From: the human T2T-CHM13v2.0 reference genome, Homo sapiens
Direction: 5' to 3' (one strand)
DNA length: 64,000 bases
Assembly (NCBI RefSeq): GCF_009914755.1
Contig: NC_060932.1
Positions within the stretch are counted from its first letter, which is position 1. Every line of letters starts with the position of its first letter. Positions 49,645 through 62,070 of the stretch are shown piece after piece. The notes below the pieces were generated by a model that saw only the letters and a list, made by a program, of their open reading frames with translations, searched no databases and had not been told where the DNA came from. The position numbers and the translations under genes were made by a program.

Positions 49645-50797
49645 GGCAGCCTGGAAAGCGGAGGTCCCTCTCTGCCCCTTCCTCCGTCGTCCTGGATGCT
49701 GCATCGCTTCCAGCCGGGCTGCTGCAGCACCTGCCCATCTCAGCGCCAGCCTGGGAAAGAAAGTAGACGTGTAATTTCAGGTTGGTTTCGCTGAACAATT
49801 GTTTGTTTCACGCAATCCCTGAGGGGTTTTTGCGGGGGGTGTGGGGGAGGAAGAGACAAAGGAGGCCGAAAGAAACCGATCACACTGGGGCTTGCTGGTG
49901 GGGTAGGATGTGTTCTCGTTACTAGTAATTCTTGGAACAGAAAACGAGAAAACATATCCGTCTCCACGTGTGGGAGAAGACCAAGATGGGAATGGGAAAA
50001 GAAATGTACTGCAGCATGCTGAATTGGTGGGTAAATGGAAAAAGGACTTTGGAAAAAAGGGGGGTTTGCCCTTCAGCCGTGTAAGACGTCGATACGATAC
50101 GGCACTTCTTCCCCGTTTGTTCAGATGAATTCGTGTGGTGTGCGTAAAATACCAGGAAAATAAATAAAGAGGGGCTGGAGCTAAAGCCAAAAGATAGAAC
50201 AGGAAAGATCCTCACCTGCTAGTGCGGTAGAGAGGAAGGTAACTTCTCTGTATGAATTTGTGCTTGGAAGTTGCCTAATGAAATGGCAAGAGTAGCGATT
50301 CAAGTTGTCACAGGAAGCATCCCTTATCCGTGACTTCAAGCAGACCTGCCAAAGGGTGGCACACGCCATGCCCTGTGTCTTCGATCATTCTGTCCGTCAA
50401 GGGAGATAGAATCACCGTGTCTTCTACCGGAGTGAATCGTGAGAGACCTAAGTCCAGTCTCCAGAATCAGTTGTTTGTTTGGGGTTGAAAGCTCAACCCC
50501 CCCATACCTAGGCCACGGGCCCTGTGGCAGGTGGGGTTTACTCTTGGACTAGGTAGTCATGGCAGAGGAACACACAATATCCGAGGATGCGCACAGCACA
50601 TTGTGTTCTACAGATTTGACCGACTGGTGGTGAGGTCTCCTCATGACCACACAGGCAGGGAGTTAGCAGGTGGCTTCCTGTGGGTGTGTGAATATCCAAC
50701 GTGCTTAACCATCGACATGTGTGTGTTTGTGTGTGTTTCAGGTGGCCCAACAGTCCACCCCTGAAAAAGGCGGTCATAAAACCCCCAGGAGACGAAG

Positions 50798-53700
50798 ATG
50801 ATGGCACGTCGGGACCCCAAATCTTGGGCCAAGAGACTGGTGAGAGCCCAGACCCTCCAGAAGCAGCAGAGGGCCCCAGTTGGGCGAAGGGCTCCCCCGC
50901 CCGATGAAGAAGATCCCAGGGTAAGTGTAGCCCTGGATCTCTTGGGTATCGGGGTGGGGGTGGGGACGGGGGGAGGGGGTGTCCCACGGTCCTCAGAGAC
51001 TGGGTTGGATTCCAAAGAGTTCTGTCACCACCAGCCAGGTTGCTTTTCCCATCCAAGGTGGGCGTGGCTTGGGACCTTCTCCCCGGCCCGATAGGTCCCT
51101 TGAGAGACTCTTGGGGGCAACCTCCCTTTCTACTTAGAGTCCTGTGTAGCCACGTTTGGCTGCGTTGTTGACATCGGCTTCACCATGGTGCCCCTTGGAA
51201 CCTTGAGTCCTTCCTTTCAGAGTTCCTCCGTCACATGGGCTTTGCGAGGGAACATCGCATCCGAACTCTCCCAGCACTTAACGGCCCCCATGCCGGTGTC
51301 CCCTCTTTGGAATCCTTATTCAGCTCTGAATTCACAATCCGTCCCAATGTTGACGTGGGATCGCTGCCTGTGGCTTCAGCTCACTCACTGACATCACTTC
51401 CTTTCCACCCGCAGCTCAAGTGCAAAAACTGCGGGGCCTTTGGCCACACGGCCAGAAGTACCAGGTGCCCCATGAAGTGCTGGAAGGCAGCCCTGGTTCC
51501 AGCGACCTTGGGGAAAAAGGAAGGGAAGGAAAACCTGAAACCATGGAAGCCCCGGGGTGAAGCCAACCCGGGGCCCTTGAACAAGGATAAGGGAGAGAAG
51601 GAAGAGAGACCAAGGTGAGCAGTGGGAGGGGTTTTCACCACTCTTAGGGTACGGCCTCCCAAGGACATGGTGTCTCTGCACCTGCACACCGTGTGCCTTT
51701 CCGTCTCCGGGCCAGGGAAGGAACGCTGCAGAGAAATAGGCCGGAGCTCCGTGTCCTCCGGGGTTCCACACCCAGGAGCTCCTTGGGCTCTGGGAGATTC
51801 AGGGACGGGGAGAGGCGGGGGCGCTTCGTGCAGGTTCCCCACGACAGCGGGAAAAGCGATGGAATCCAAATCACAGTCCTTAGTTGGGAAGCCTAGAGGG
51901 CCACCTGGAGGATGGGAAGGTTGGCACGTGAGGGAAGGTGCAGAGGCGGAAAGGGCACCAGATGTCCATTTCTGTATCACAAAACACGGAATGGGGCTGG
52001 GCCCCAGACGGGGTTCTCCCTGTCTCCTGGGGAAAACCAGGGGGCACGGCCTGACCTTCTTCTGTTCTGCAGGCAACAAGACCCGCAGAGGAAGGCTCTC
52101 CTCCACATGTTTTCCGGGAAACCTCCAGAGAAGCCGCTGCCGAATGGAAAAGGATCCACGGAATCTTCTGATTATCTGAGGGCGAGTGTCACCCCGGGCC
52201 CCTGGTCTTTTTCTCCTCTAGGTCACCCTGGTTGATTTCCTTTCAGCTTCCCGTCTGCGGGAGGAAATCGGGGAACCCCTCTTTCTTGCCTTCTTGGGGT
52301 CAGGGACTCCACGATCCTTCCAGGTCAATTGGATTCCAGGCGAAGGCATCTGAACATGCCGTATTTCCTGTTGCTTTCTTTCTGTCCAATTATGGCAAGC
52401 CTGCCAACAACACGTTCCTAGCGGCATGAGGAAATTAGTCCCTCAGAGGCCCCAAACGTGGAGAAGGCGAAACCCAGGAACATGCATGTGTTCAGAGAAG
52501 ACGTCCCGAGTACCCTTGAGCCAGCAACCTGCCTTGGGAAGGGCATTAGTCCGTTCCACTTCATGGAAGGCTGAGTGGAGGCGCTTTGATCCAGTTAATG
52601 CCCAAGACGCGATCTTTTGAACAATGGTGTGCTTAGATCAGCTACACATAGCTCGAGAGCGCATCTTTCATGTGTCTTGTCCTGATCAGCACTCAGGTGG
52701 AGGGTCTGTCCCTACTTCCAAGGACCGCCTGTCGATACTGTACTAAGAATTTCATGGCGTGTGCACCTTGTCTTTGGATGTGCTTGATTTTCACGTTGGC
52801 TCCATGCTGAGGAACTTCTAACCTGTGTTGTTTCCTCTCTTTCAGGTTGCAAGCGGGCCAATGCCGGTCCACACAACCAGTAAGAGGCCGCGCTTGGACC
52901 CTGTCCTCGCTGATCGCTCAGCTACCGCAATGTCTGGCAGGGGCACCGTCTTGGCTTCACTGTCTCCCCTCAGAAAAGCCAGCCTGAGCTCCTCCTCAAG
53001 TCTTGGACCAAAGGAAAGACAGACAGGGGCTGCGGCCGACATGCCTCAGCCTGCAGTCAGGCACCAGGGCCGCGAGCCTCTCCTCGTGGTGAAGCCGACA
53101 CACAGCCGCCCCGAGGGTGGCTGCCGAGAAGTTCCCCAGGCTGCCTCCAAAACCCACGGCCTGCTCCAGGCCGCCAGACCCCAGGCACAAGACAAACGTC
53201 CTGCGGTGACCTCACAGCCCTGCCCGCCAGCCGCCACACACAGCTTGGGCCTAGGCTCCAATCTCAGCTTCGGGCCAGGAGCCAAGAGACCTGCCCAGGC
53301 TCCGATTCAGGCTTGCCTGAACTTCCCCAAGAAACCGAGACTGGGTCCCTTCCAGATCCCCGAAAGCGCCATCCAGGGAGGTGAGCTGGGGGCCCCGGAG
53401 AATCTCCAACCTCCGCCAGCCGCAACCGAACTTGGACCAAGTACGTCGCCCCAGATGGGCAGGAGGACACCGGCCCAGGTGCCCAGCGTCGACCGGCAGC
53501 CTCCGCACAGCAGACCTTGCCTGCCTACTGCCCAGGCCTGCACCATGTCCCATCACTCAGCGGCCAGCCATGATGGGGCCCAGCCTCTCAGAGTGCTCTT
53601 CCGGAGACTGGAAAACGGACGCTGGAGCTCCAGCCTCCTGGCGGCCCCCTCATTTCACTCTCCTGAGAAGCCGGGAGCCTTCCTCGCTCAGAGCCCTCAT

Positions 53701-53808
53701 GTGTCAGAGAAGTCTGAGGCTCCCTGTGTTCGTGTCCCACCGAGCGTCCTCTATGAGGACCTTCAGGTTTCCTCCTCCTCAGAGGACAGCGATTTTGACC
53801 TGGAGTGA
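50798..53808 (+). CDS. FAM90A: FAM90A family protein, copy 7, 464 aa; exons 50798-50920, 51415-51614, 52073-52181, 52846-53808
   Basis: Intact; carries Q24, R30 and R367, plus private T178 and F461. Confidence 0.95.
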
Positions 53809-54422
53809 GACTGCAGGTGGCAGGGGCTCCTTGGCCTCCGGCTCCCGTGACTTGGAGGGGACTGTGGGACTGAGGAGCGCAGAGCAGAGAGCACACTCTG
53901 TGCGGTGACTCCGAAGCTCCCCGGCTGTGGCGCTTCTGTGGATGTGGGAGCCCAGGCCAGGCAGGGAGCAGATGCAGGGACTCTGCCTCATTGAATTCTG
54001 GTGAGGGACGTTGTAGTTGGCGTGGTTCTCCGGAAACGCGCCAGGAAAAGCTTCCGTGCCAGAGATTCGTTGCCTCAGAAACTGCGTGACGCGCAGGAGT
54101 CAGACTTCCGCTGGGACGTCAATAGGAAACTGGGGAATTACTGTGTATTTGCTGTCTAGATGACTGAATAAGGGAAAAGTTAGGGAACCCTGAGAGGTGC
54201 AGCCCTTCCGCTGTGCCCCGCCCTGAGAGCAGTGTTTCGGACGCTGGGAAGCGTGCTGTGCGAAGCGCTCTCGGGGTCTTTCCTCAGCCTCGAAAACTGG
54301 GCTCTGGAATGCCTTTGTACATATGTGTGTTTAATGTGTTTTGAAGTGAATAAAATTCTCAAGAAGATGACATATTGTCTTTTGACTCTCATTCCGTGTT
54401 TGTGTGTAACTGATTTTCCAAG

Positions 54423-55455
54423 TGAAGGGGTGGCCTGCCCCTCCACACCTGTGGGTGTTTCTAGTCGGGTGGGATGAGAGACGGAGAAAAGAAATAAGAC
54501 ACAGAGACAAAGTATAGGGAGACAACAGTGGGTCCAGGGGACCGGCACTCAGCACACCTAGGACCTGCACCGGCACCGGCCTCTGAGTTCCCGCAGTTTT
54601 TATTGATTGTGATTTTCATTATTTCAGCACAAAGGAATGCAGTAGGGGAGCAGGGTGATAATAAGGGGAAGGTCAACAAAAACAACACAAAACAAACACG
54701 TGAGCAAAAGAATCCATATCATTATTAAGTTCAAGGGAAGGTACTATGCCTGGACGTGCACGTAGGCCAGATTTATGTTTCTCTCCACACAAATATCTCA
54801 GCGGAGTAAAGAATAACAAGGCAGCATTACTGCCAACATGTCTCGCCTCCCGCCACAGGGCAGCTTTTCTCCGAGCTCAGAGTTGAACAAATGTACGATC
54901 GGGCTTTACACCGAGACATTCAGTTCCCAGGGGCAAGCAGGAGACAGTGGCCTTCCTCCATCTGAACTGCAAGAGGCGTTCCTCTTTGACTAATCCACCT
55001 CAGCACAGACCCATTGCGGGTGTCAGGCTGGGGGACATTCAGGACTTTCCCATCCCACGAGGCCATATTTCAGACTGTCACATGGGGAGAAACCTTGGAC
55101 AATACCCTGCTATCAAGGGCAGAGGTCCCTGTGGCTTTCCACGGTGCATTGCGCCCCTGGTTTATTGAGACTAGAGAATGGCAATGACTTCTACCAAGTA
55201 TACTGCTCGTAAACATTTGGTTAACAAGGCGCGTCCTGCACAGCCCCAGATCCCTTAAACCTCGATTTTATACAACACAGGTTTTTGTGAGCTCCAAGTT
55301 GGGTCAAAGGAAGGGGCTGCGGCAAGGCAACAAATGAACAACATCTCAGCAAAGCAATTGTTTAAACTACAGGTCTTTTTCAAAATGGAGTCTCTTATGT
55401 CTTCCCCTTCTACATAGACACAGTGACAGTCTGATCTCTCTTTCTTTACCCTACA
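54423..55455 (-). mobile_element. LTR5A-like solo LTR, TSD TCCAAG
   Basis: Same termini and TSD. Confidence 0.92.
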
Positions 55456-57203
55456 TCCAAGGGCTTGAACATTTCTTGACTTGTTGGCAATCCAAATCGT
55501 TACGTCTCCGAAACAGAGTTGACTGAGGGGACCACAGGGCTGGGCAGGACCTTTGACTTCCTATACATCCACAGGAGCAAGAAAACCTCAGCCCCACTCT
55601 ACCAACACGCACCTAGTAAAATTCCGCCAACCGCATCTCACGCACGCTAACACGTGGGGAGCGTTGCTTGCACCACGAGTCCCCATTTGGCTCAACCGCC
55701 GATGCCAAGTGTGTGGTTCCAGTTGCGACGGCCCCCCGTGAAGTGGCTTCCGGATGTGCGAAGGAACCAGGCAGAGTTTCACTGGCCAAATAGACCCCAG
55801 CAAAGCTGAAGTTAACTCCCACATTTGGGATGTACTTCAGAGGTAAAACATTCATCCCGTCTTCTTTCCGGATGTCTGACACCATGGTTCTCCCCCTGAT
55901 CCTAAGAGTAGCTGAGGCAGAGACTCACTGAAAGATCTAGGCGGGGATATCCCATCATGCACAGGCTCTCTCCATTCTCTGACCTGGGAACAACTCTCAG
56001 CAGGATTCCACATCTAGGAGGCCTCGGAACTCAGCGGGATTTTCTGAGACACACCAACTGGCTGCTCCCTCTCCGCCGCTGTTGAGGGTCGTTATCTTGA
56101 TTATCCAGATCACCTAGAAAGTATCCGTATCCAGAATGAATAAGATCAACTCTCTGCTCCTCTGACAGCAGAAGGAGCAGGACCGTAAGGAACCAAAGAG
56201 CGTGGAAGGAAACGATGTGACAGGAAAGCTCAGAGAACGGCCACAGGGGGTCGTCAGCAGGCCTTCCAACCTGAATCATGAATAATTAATGAAGCGCAAA
56301 TCAAAGGGGACTCGAGTTTCAGCAGGAGCAATTCATCCAACGGGAGATCGCCGGAGGGCCAACAAGATTGAGTGACTGGGAGCCGGGTGCAGTGTCAAAG
56401 GGGACGCGACTGGTTCCAAAGCTCGAGAAGACCATGGGGTCACTTGGGCTACATGAGAAAACGCCCCAGTGTGCTGGTTCATCATTCCGACTCCTGCCTG
56501 TCTCTTCCCGTCCAAGGAACATGGACCCTAAGTCGTGCAGGTGCGGATGACCATGGGCAGAATTAGGGGCCGTGGCACAAAAGTTCACCGACACGGGAGT
56601 TCCACAGAAGGTGCGGTGGATCTTCGCAAATCCAGAGACATGGCAATGGGACCCAGGGAATTACAGCCTCACAGGCGTCCGGGAGACTTTTCAGGCATAA
56701 TGCCTGGAGTCGCAAGAGGAGCTGAAAAAGGAGCCAGGCACTGAAGGACAAAGCGTTGTTGACTTTCCTCATCTGTGTTTCCCAGTGCGGTCCAATTCAC
56801 GGTTGTTTCCAAGCGCCTCCTGGGGGAGAAAACACATGAGGGTGCGGTCAGGGTTCTCTGCTGACAGACTTACCTTGGGGAAGAAAGAGAAGCTCTGAAG
56901 ATGGATCATGGCCGTGACTGCATGTCAAGGAGAGTCTCCTTGATGACACTGAGGCCTACGTCGAGATAGACAAAATGTGGTCCAATTAAAAGGTGTCTAT
57001 TTTACCACATTTTTTAAAACAAAACAAAACAAAACAACAAAAAAGATGGAAAAGAAGACAGGGGTACAGGCACCAGTGTTACATGTCTGACGGGGAACAT
57101 CTATTGTTCAAAGCTTGCAGCTGTACAAGTAGGTTTTAGAATGTCTGTCAGCAGTGGACATGATCTTAGAGTGGGCTGTGCAGATAGACCTTTCCAGGTC
57201 ATG

Positions 57204-57292
57204 TAATTGGATTAAGTTAATTGCAATTAAGGTACAGGTAACTGATTAGGTTAGGGTACGTTCCATGTCAGGTGACCAGAGGCAGTATGAAA
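57204..57292 (+). promoter_or_regulatory. Putative promoter, copy 8: DUX4-type motif at 57243; TATA variant TATGAAA
   Basis: TATGAAA at 57286-57292. Confidence 0.65.
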
Positions 57293-58445
57293 GGCAGCCT
57301 GAAAAGCGGAGGTCCCTCTCTGCCCCTTCCTCCGTCGTCCTGGATGCTGCATCGCTTCCAGCCGGGCTGCTGCAGCACCTGCCCATCTCAGCGCCAGCCT
57401 GGGAAAGAAAGTAGACGTGTAATTTCAGGTTGGTTTCGCTGAACAATTGTTTGTTTCACGCAATCCCTGAGGGGTTTTTGCGGGGGGTGTGGGGGAGGAA
57501 GAGACAAAGGAGGCCGAAAGAAACCGATCACACTGGGGCTTGCTGGTGGGGTAGGATGTGTTCTCGTTACTAGTAATTCTTGGAACAGAAAACGAGAAAA
57601 CATATCCGTCTCCACGTGTGGGAGAAGACCAAGATGGGAATGGGAAAAGAAATGTACTGCAGCATGCTGAATTGGTGGGTAAATGGAAAAAGGACTTTGG
57701 AAAAAAGGGGGGTTTGCCCTTCAGCCGTGTAAGACGTCGATACGATACGGCACTTCTTCCCCGTTTGTTCAGATGAATTCGTGTGGTGTGCGTAAAATAC
57801 CAGGAAAATAAATAAAGAGGGGCTGGAGCTAAAGCCAAAAGATAGAACAGGAAAGATCCTCACCTGCTAGTGCGGTAGAGAGGAAGGTAACTTCTCTGTA
57901 TGAATTTGTGCTTGGAAGTTGCCTAATGAAATGGCAAGAGTAGCGATTCAAGTTGTCACAGGAAGCATCCCTTATCCGTGACTTCAAGCAGACCTGCCAA
58001 AGGGTGGCACACGCCATGCCCTGTGTCTTCGATCATTCTGTCCGTCAAGGGAGATAGAATCACCGTGTCTTCTACCGGAGTGAATCGTGAGAGACCTAAG
58101 TCCAGTCTCCAGAATCAGTTGTTTGTTTGGGGTTGAAAGCTCAACCCCCCCATACCTAGGCCACGGGCCCTGTGGCAGGTGGGGTTTACTCTTGGACTAG
58201 GTAGTCATGGCAGAGGAACACACAATATCCGAGGATGCGCACAGCACATTGTGTTCTACAGATTTGACCGACTGGTGGTGAGGTCTCCTCATGACCACAC
58301 AGGCAGGGAGTTAGCAGGTGGCTTCCTGTGGGTGTGTGAATATCCAACGTGCTTAACCATCGACATGTGTGTGTTTGTGTGTGTTTCAGGTGGCCCAACA
58401 GTCCACCCCTGAAAAAGGCGGTCATAAAACCCCCAGGAGACGAAG

Positions 58446-61400
58446 ATGATGGCACGTCGGGACCCCAAATCTTGGGCCAAGAGACTGGTGAGAGCCCAGA
58501 CCCTCCAGAAGCAGCAGAGGGCCCCAGTTGGGCGAAGGGCTCCCCCGCCCGATGAAGAAGATCCCAGGGTAAGTGTAGCCCTGGATCTCTTGGGTATCGG
58601 GGTGGGGGTGGGGACGGGGGGAGGGGGTGTCCCACGGTCCTCAGAGACTGGGTTGGATTCCAAAGAGTTCTGTCACCACCAGCCAGGTTGCTTTTCCCAT
58701 CCAAGGTGGGCGTGGCTTGGGACCTTCTCCCCGGCCCGATAGGTCCCTTGAGAGACTCTTGGGGGCAACCTCCCTTTCTACTTAGAGTCCTGTGTAGCCA
58801 CGTTTGGCTGCGTTGTTGACATCGGCTTCACCATCGTGCCCCTTGGAACCTTGAGTCCTTCCTTTCAGAGTTCCTCCGTCACATGGGCTTTGCGAGGGAA
58901 CATCGCATCCGAACTCTCCCAGCACTTAACGGCCCCCATGCCGGTGTCCCCTCTTTGGAATCCTTATTCAGCTCTGAATTCACAATCCGTCCCAATGTTG
59001 ACGTGGGATCGCTGCCTGTGGCTTCAGCTCACTCACTGACATCACTTCCTTTCCACCCGCAGCTCAAGTGCAAAAACTGCGGGGCCTTTGGCCACACGGC
59101 CAGAAGTACCAGGTGCCCCATGAAGTGCTGGAAGGCAGCCCTGGTTCCAGCGACCTTGGGGAAAAAGGAAGGGAAGGAAAACCTGAAACCATGGAAGCCC
59201 CGGGGTGAAGCCAACCCGGGGCCCTTGAACAAGGATAAGGGAGAGAAGGAAGAGAGACCAAGGTGAGCAGTGGGAGGGGTTTTCACCACTCTTAGGGTAC
59301 GGCCTCCCAAGGACATGGTGTCTCTGCACCTGCACACCGTGTGCCTTTCCGTCTCCGGGCCAGGGAAGGAACGCTGCAGAGAAATAGGCCGGAGCTCCGT
59401 GTCCTCCGGGGTTCCACACCCAGGAGCTCCTTGGGCTCTGGGAGATTCAGGGACGGGGAGAGGCGGGGGCGCTTCGTGCAGGTTCCCCACGACAGCGGGA
59501 AAAGCGATGGAATCCAAATCACAGTCCTTAGTTGGGAAGCCTAGAGGGCCACCTGGAGGATGGGAAGGTTGGCACGTGAGGGAAGGTGCAGAGGCGGAAA
59601 GGGCACCAGATGTCCATTTCTGTATCACAAAACACGGAATGGGGCTGGGCCCCAGACGGGGTTCTCCCTGTCTCCTGGGGAAAACCAGGGGGCACGGCCT
59701 GACCTTCTTCTGTTCTGCAGGCAACAAGACCCGCAGAGGAAGGCTCTCCTCCACATGTTTTCCGGGAAACCTCCAGAGAAGCCGCTGCCGAATGGAAAAG
59801 GATCCACGGAATCTTCTGATTATCTGAGGGCGAGTGTCACCCCGGGCCCCTGGTCTTTTTCTCCTCTAGGTCACCCTGGTTGATTTCCTTTCAGCTTCCC
59901 GTCTGCGGGAGGAAATCGGGGAACCCCTCTTTCTTGCCTTCTTGGGGTCAGGGACTCCACGATCCTTCCAGGTCAATTGGATTCCAGGCGAAGGCATCTG
60001 AACATGCCGTATTTCCTGTTGCTTTCTTTCTGTCCAATTATGGCAAGCCTGCCAACAACACGTTCCTAGCGGCATGAGGAAATTAGTCCCTCAGAGGCCC
60101 CAAACGTGGAGAAGGCGAAACCCAGGAACATGCATGTGTTCAGAGAAGACGTCCCGAGTACCCTTGAGCCAGCAACCTGCCTTGGGAAGGGCATTAGTCC
60201 GTTCCACTTCATGGAAGGCTGAGTGGAGGCGCTTTGATCCAGTTAATGCCCAAGACGCGATCTTTTGAACAATGGTGTGCTTAGATCAGCTACACATAGC
60301 TCGAGAGCGCATCTTTCATGTGTCTTGTCCTGATCAGCACTCAGGTGGAGGGTCTGTCCCTACTTCCAAGGACCGCCTGTCGATACTGTACTAAGAATTT
60401 CATGGCGTGTGCACCTTGTCTTTGGATGTGCTTGATTTTCACGTTGGCTCCATGCTGAGGAACTTCTAACCTGTGTTGTTTCCTCTCTTTCAGGTTGCAA
60501 GCGGGCCAATGCCGGTCCACACAACCAGTAAGAGGCCGCGCTTGGACCCTGTCCTCGCTGATCGCTCAGCTACCGCAATGTCTGGCAGGGGCTCCGTCTT
60601 GGCTTCACTGTCTCCCCTCAGAAAAGCCAGCCTGAGCTCCTCCTCAAGTCTTGGACCAAAGGAAAGACAGACAGGGGCTGCGGCCGACATGCCTCAGCCT
60701 GCAGTCAGGCACCAGGGCCGCGAGCCTCTCCTCGTGGTGAAGCCGACACACAGCCGCCCCGAGGGTGGCTGCCGAGAAGTTCCCCAGGCTGCCTCCAAAA
60801 CCCACGGACTGCCCCAGGCCGCCAGACCCCAGGCACAAGACAAACGTCCTGCGGTGACCTCACTGCCCTGCCCGCCAGCCGCCACACACAGCTTGGGCCT
60901 AGGCTCCAATCTCAGCTTCGGGCCAGGAGCCAAGAGACCTGCCCAGGCTCCGATTCAGGCTTGCCTGAACTTCCCCAAGAAACCGAGACTGGGTCCCTTC
61001 CAGATCCCCGAAAGCGCCATCCAGGGAGGTGAGCTGGGGGCCCCGGAGAATCTCCAACCTCCGCCAGCCGCAACCGAACTTGGACCAAGTACGTCGCCCC
61101 AGATGGGCAGGAGGACACCGGCCCAGGTGCCCAGCGTCGACCGGCAGCCTCCGCACAGCACACCTTGCCTGCCTACTGCCCAGGCCTGCACCATGTCCCA
61201 TCACTCAGCGGCCAGCCATGATGGGGCCCAGCCTCTCAGAGTGCTCTTCCGGAGACTGGAAAACGGACGCTGGAGCTCCAGCCTCCTGGCGGCCCCCTCA
61301 TTTCACTCTCCTGAGAAGCCGGGAGCCTTCCTCGCTCAGAGTCCTCATGTGTCAGAGAAGTCTGAGGCTCCCTGTGTTCGTGTCCCACCGAGCGTCCTCT

Positions 61401-61456
61401 ATGAGGACCTTCAGGTTTCCTCCTCCTCAGAGGACAGCGATTCTGACCTGGAGTGA
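58446..61456 (+). CDS. FAM90A: FAM90A family protein, copy 8, 464 aa; exons 58446-58568, 59063-59262, 59721-59829, 60494-61456
   Basis: Intact; 5' part resembles copies 6-7 (Q24, R30) and 3' part resembles copy 1 (P251, L268, T367). Confidence 0.95.
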
Positions 61457-62070
61457 GACTGCAGGTGGCAGGGGCTCCTTGGCCTCCAGCTCCCGTGACT
61501 TGGAGGGGACTGTGGGACTGAGGAGCGCAGAGCAGAGAGCACACTCTGTGCGGTGACTCCGAAGCTCCCCGGCTGTGGCGCTTCTGTGGATGTGGGAGCC
61601 CAGGCCAGGCAGGGAGCAGATGCAGGGACTCTGCCTCATTGAATTCTGGTGAGGGACGTTGTAGTTGGCGTGGTTCTCCGGAAACGCGCCAGGAAAAGCT
61701 TCCGTGCCAGAGATTCGTTGCCTCAGAAACTGCGTGACGCGCAGGAGTCAGACTTCCGCTGGGACGTCAATAGGAAACTGGGGAATTACTGTGTATTTGC
61801 TGTCTAGATGACTGAATAAGGGAAAAGTTAGGGAACCCTGAGAGGTGCAGCCCTTCCGCTGTGCCCCGCCCTGAGAGCAGTGTTTCGGACGCTGGGAAGC
61901 GTGCTGTGCGAAGCGCTCTCGGGGTCTTTCCTCAGCCTCGAAAACTGGGCTCTGGAATGCCTTTGTACATATGTGTGTTTAATGGGTTTTGAAGTGAATA
62001 AAATTCTCAAAAAGATGACGTATTGTCTTTTGACTCTCATTCCGTGTTTGTGTGTAACTGATTTTCCAAG

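Noticed and set aside
15569-60000. Central block as a pure assembly artefact
   Set aside because: Most units carry distinguishing SNPs in structured patterns, although read-level confirmation of the near-identical stretch around copies 2-4 is advisable.
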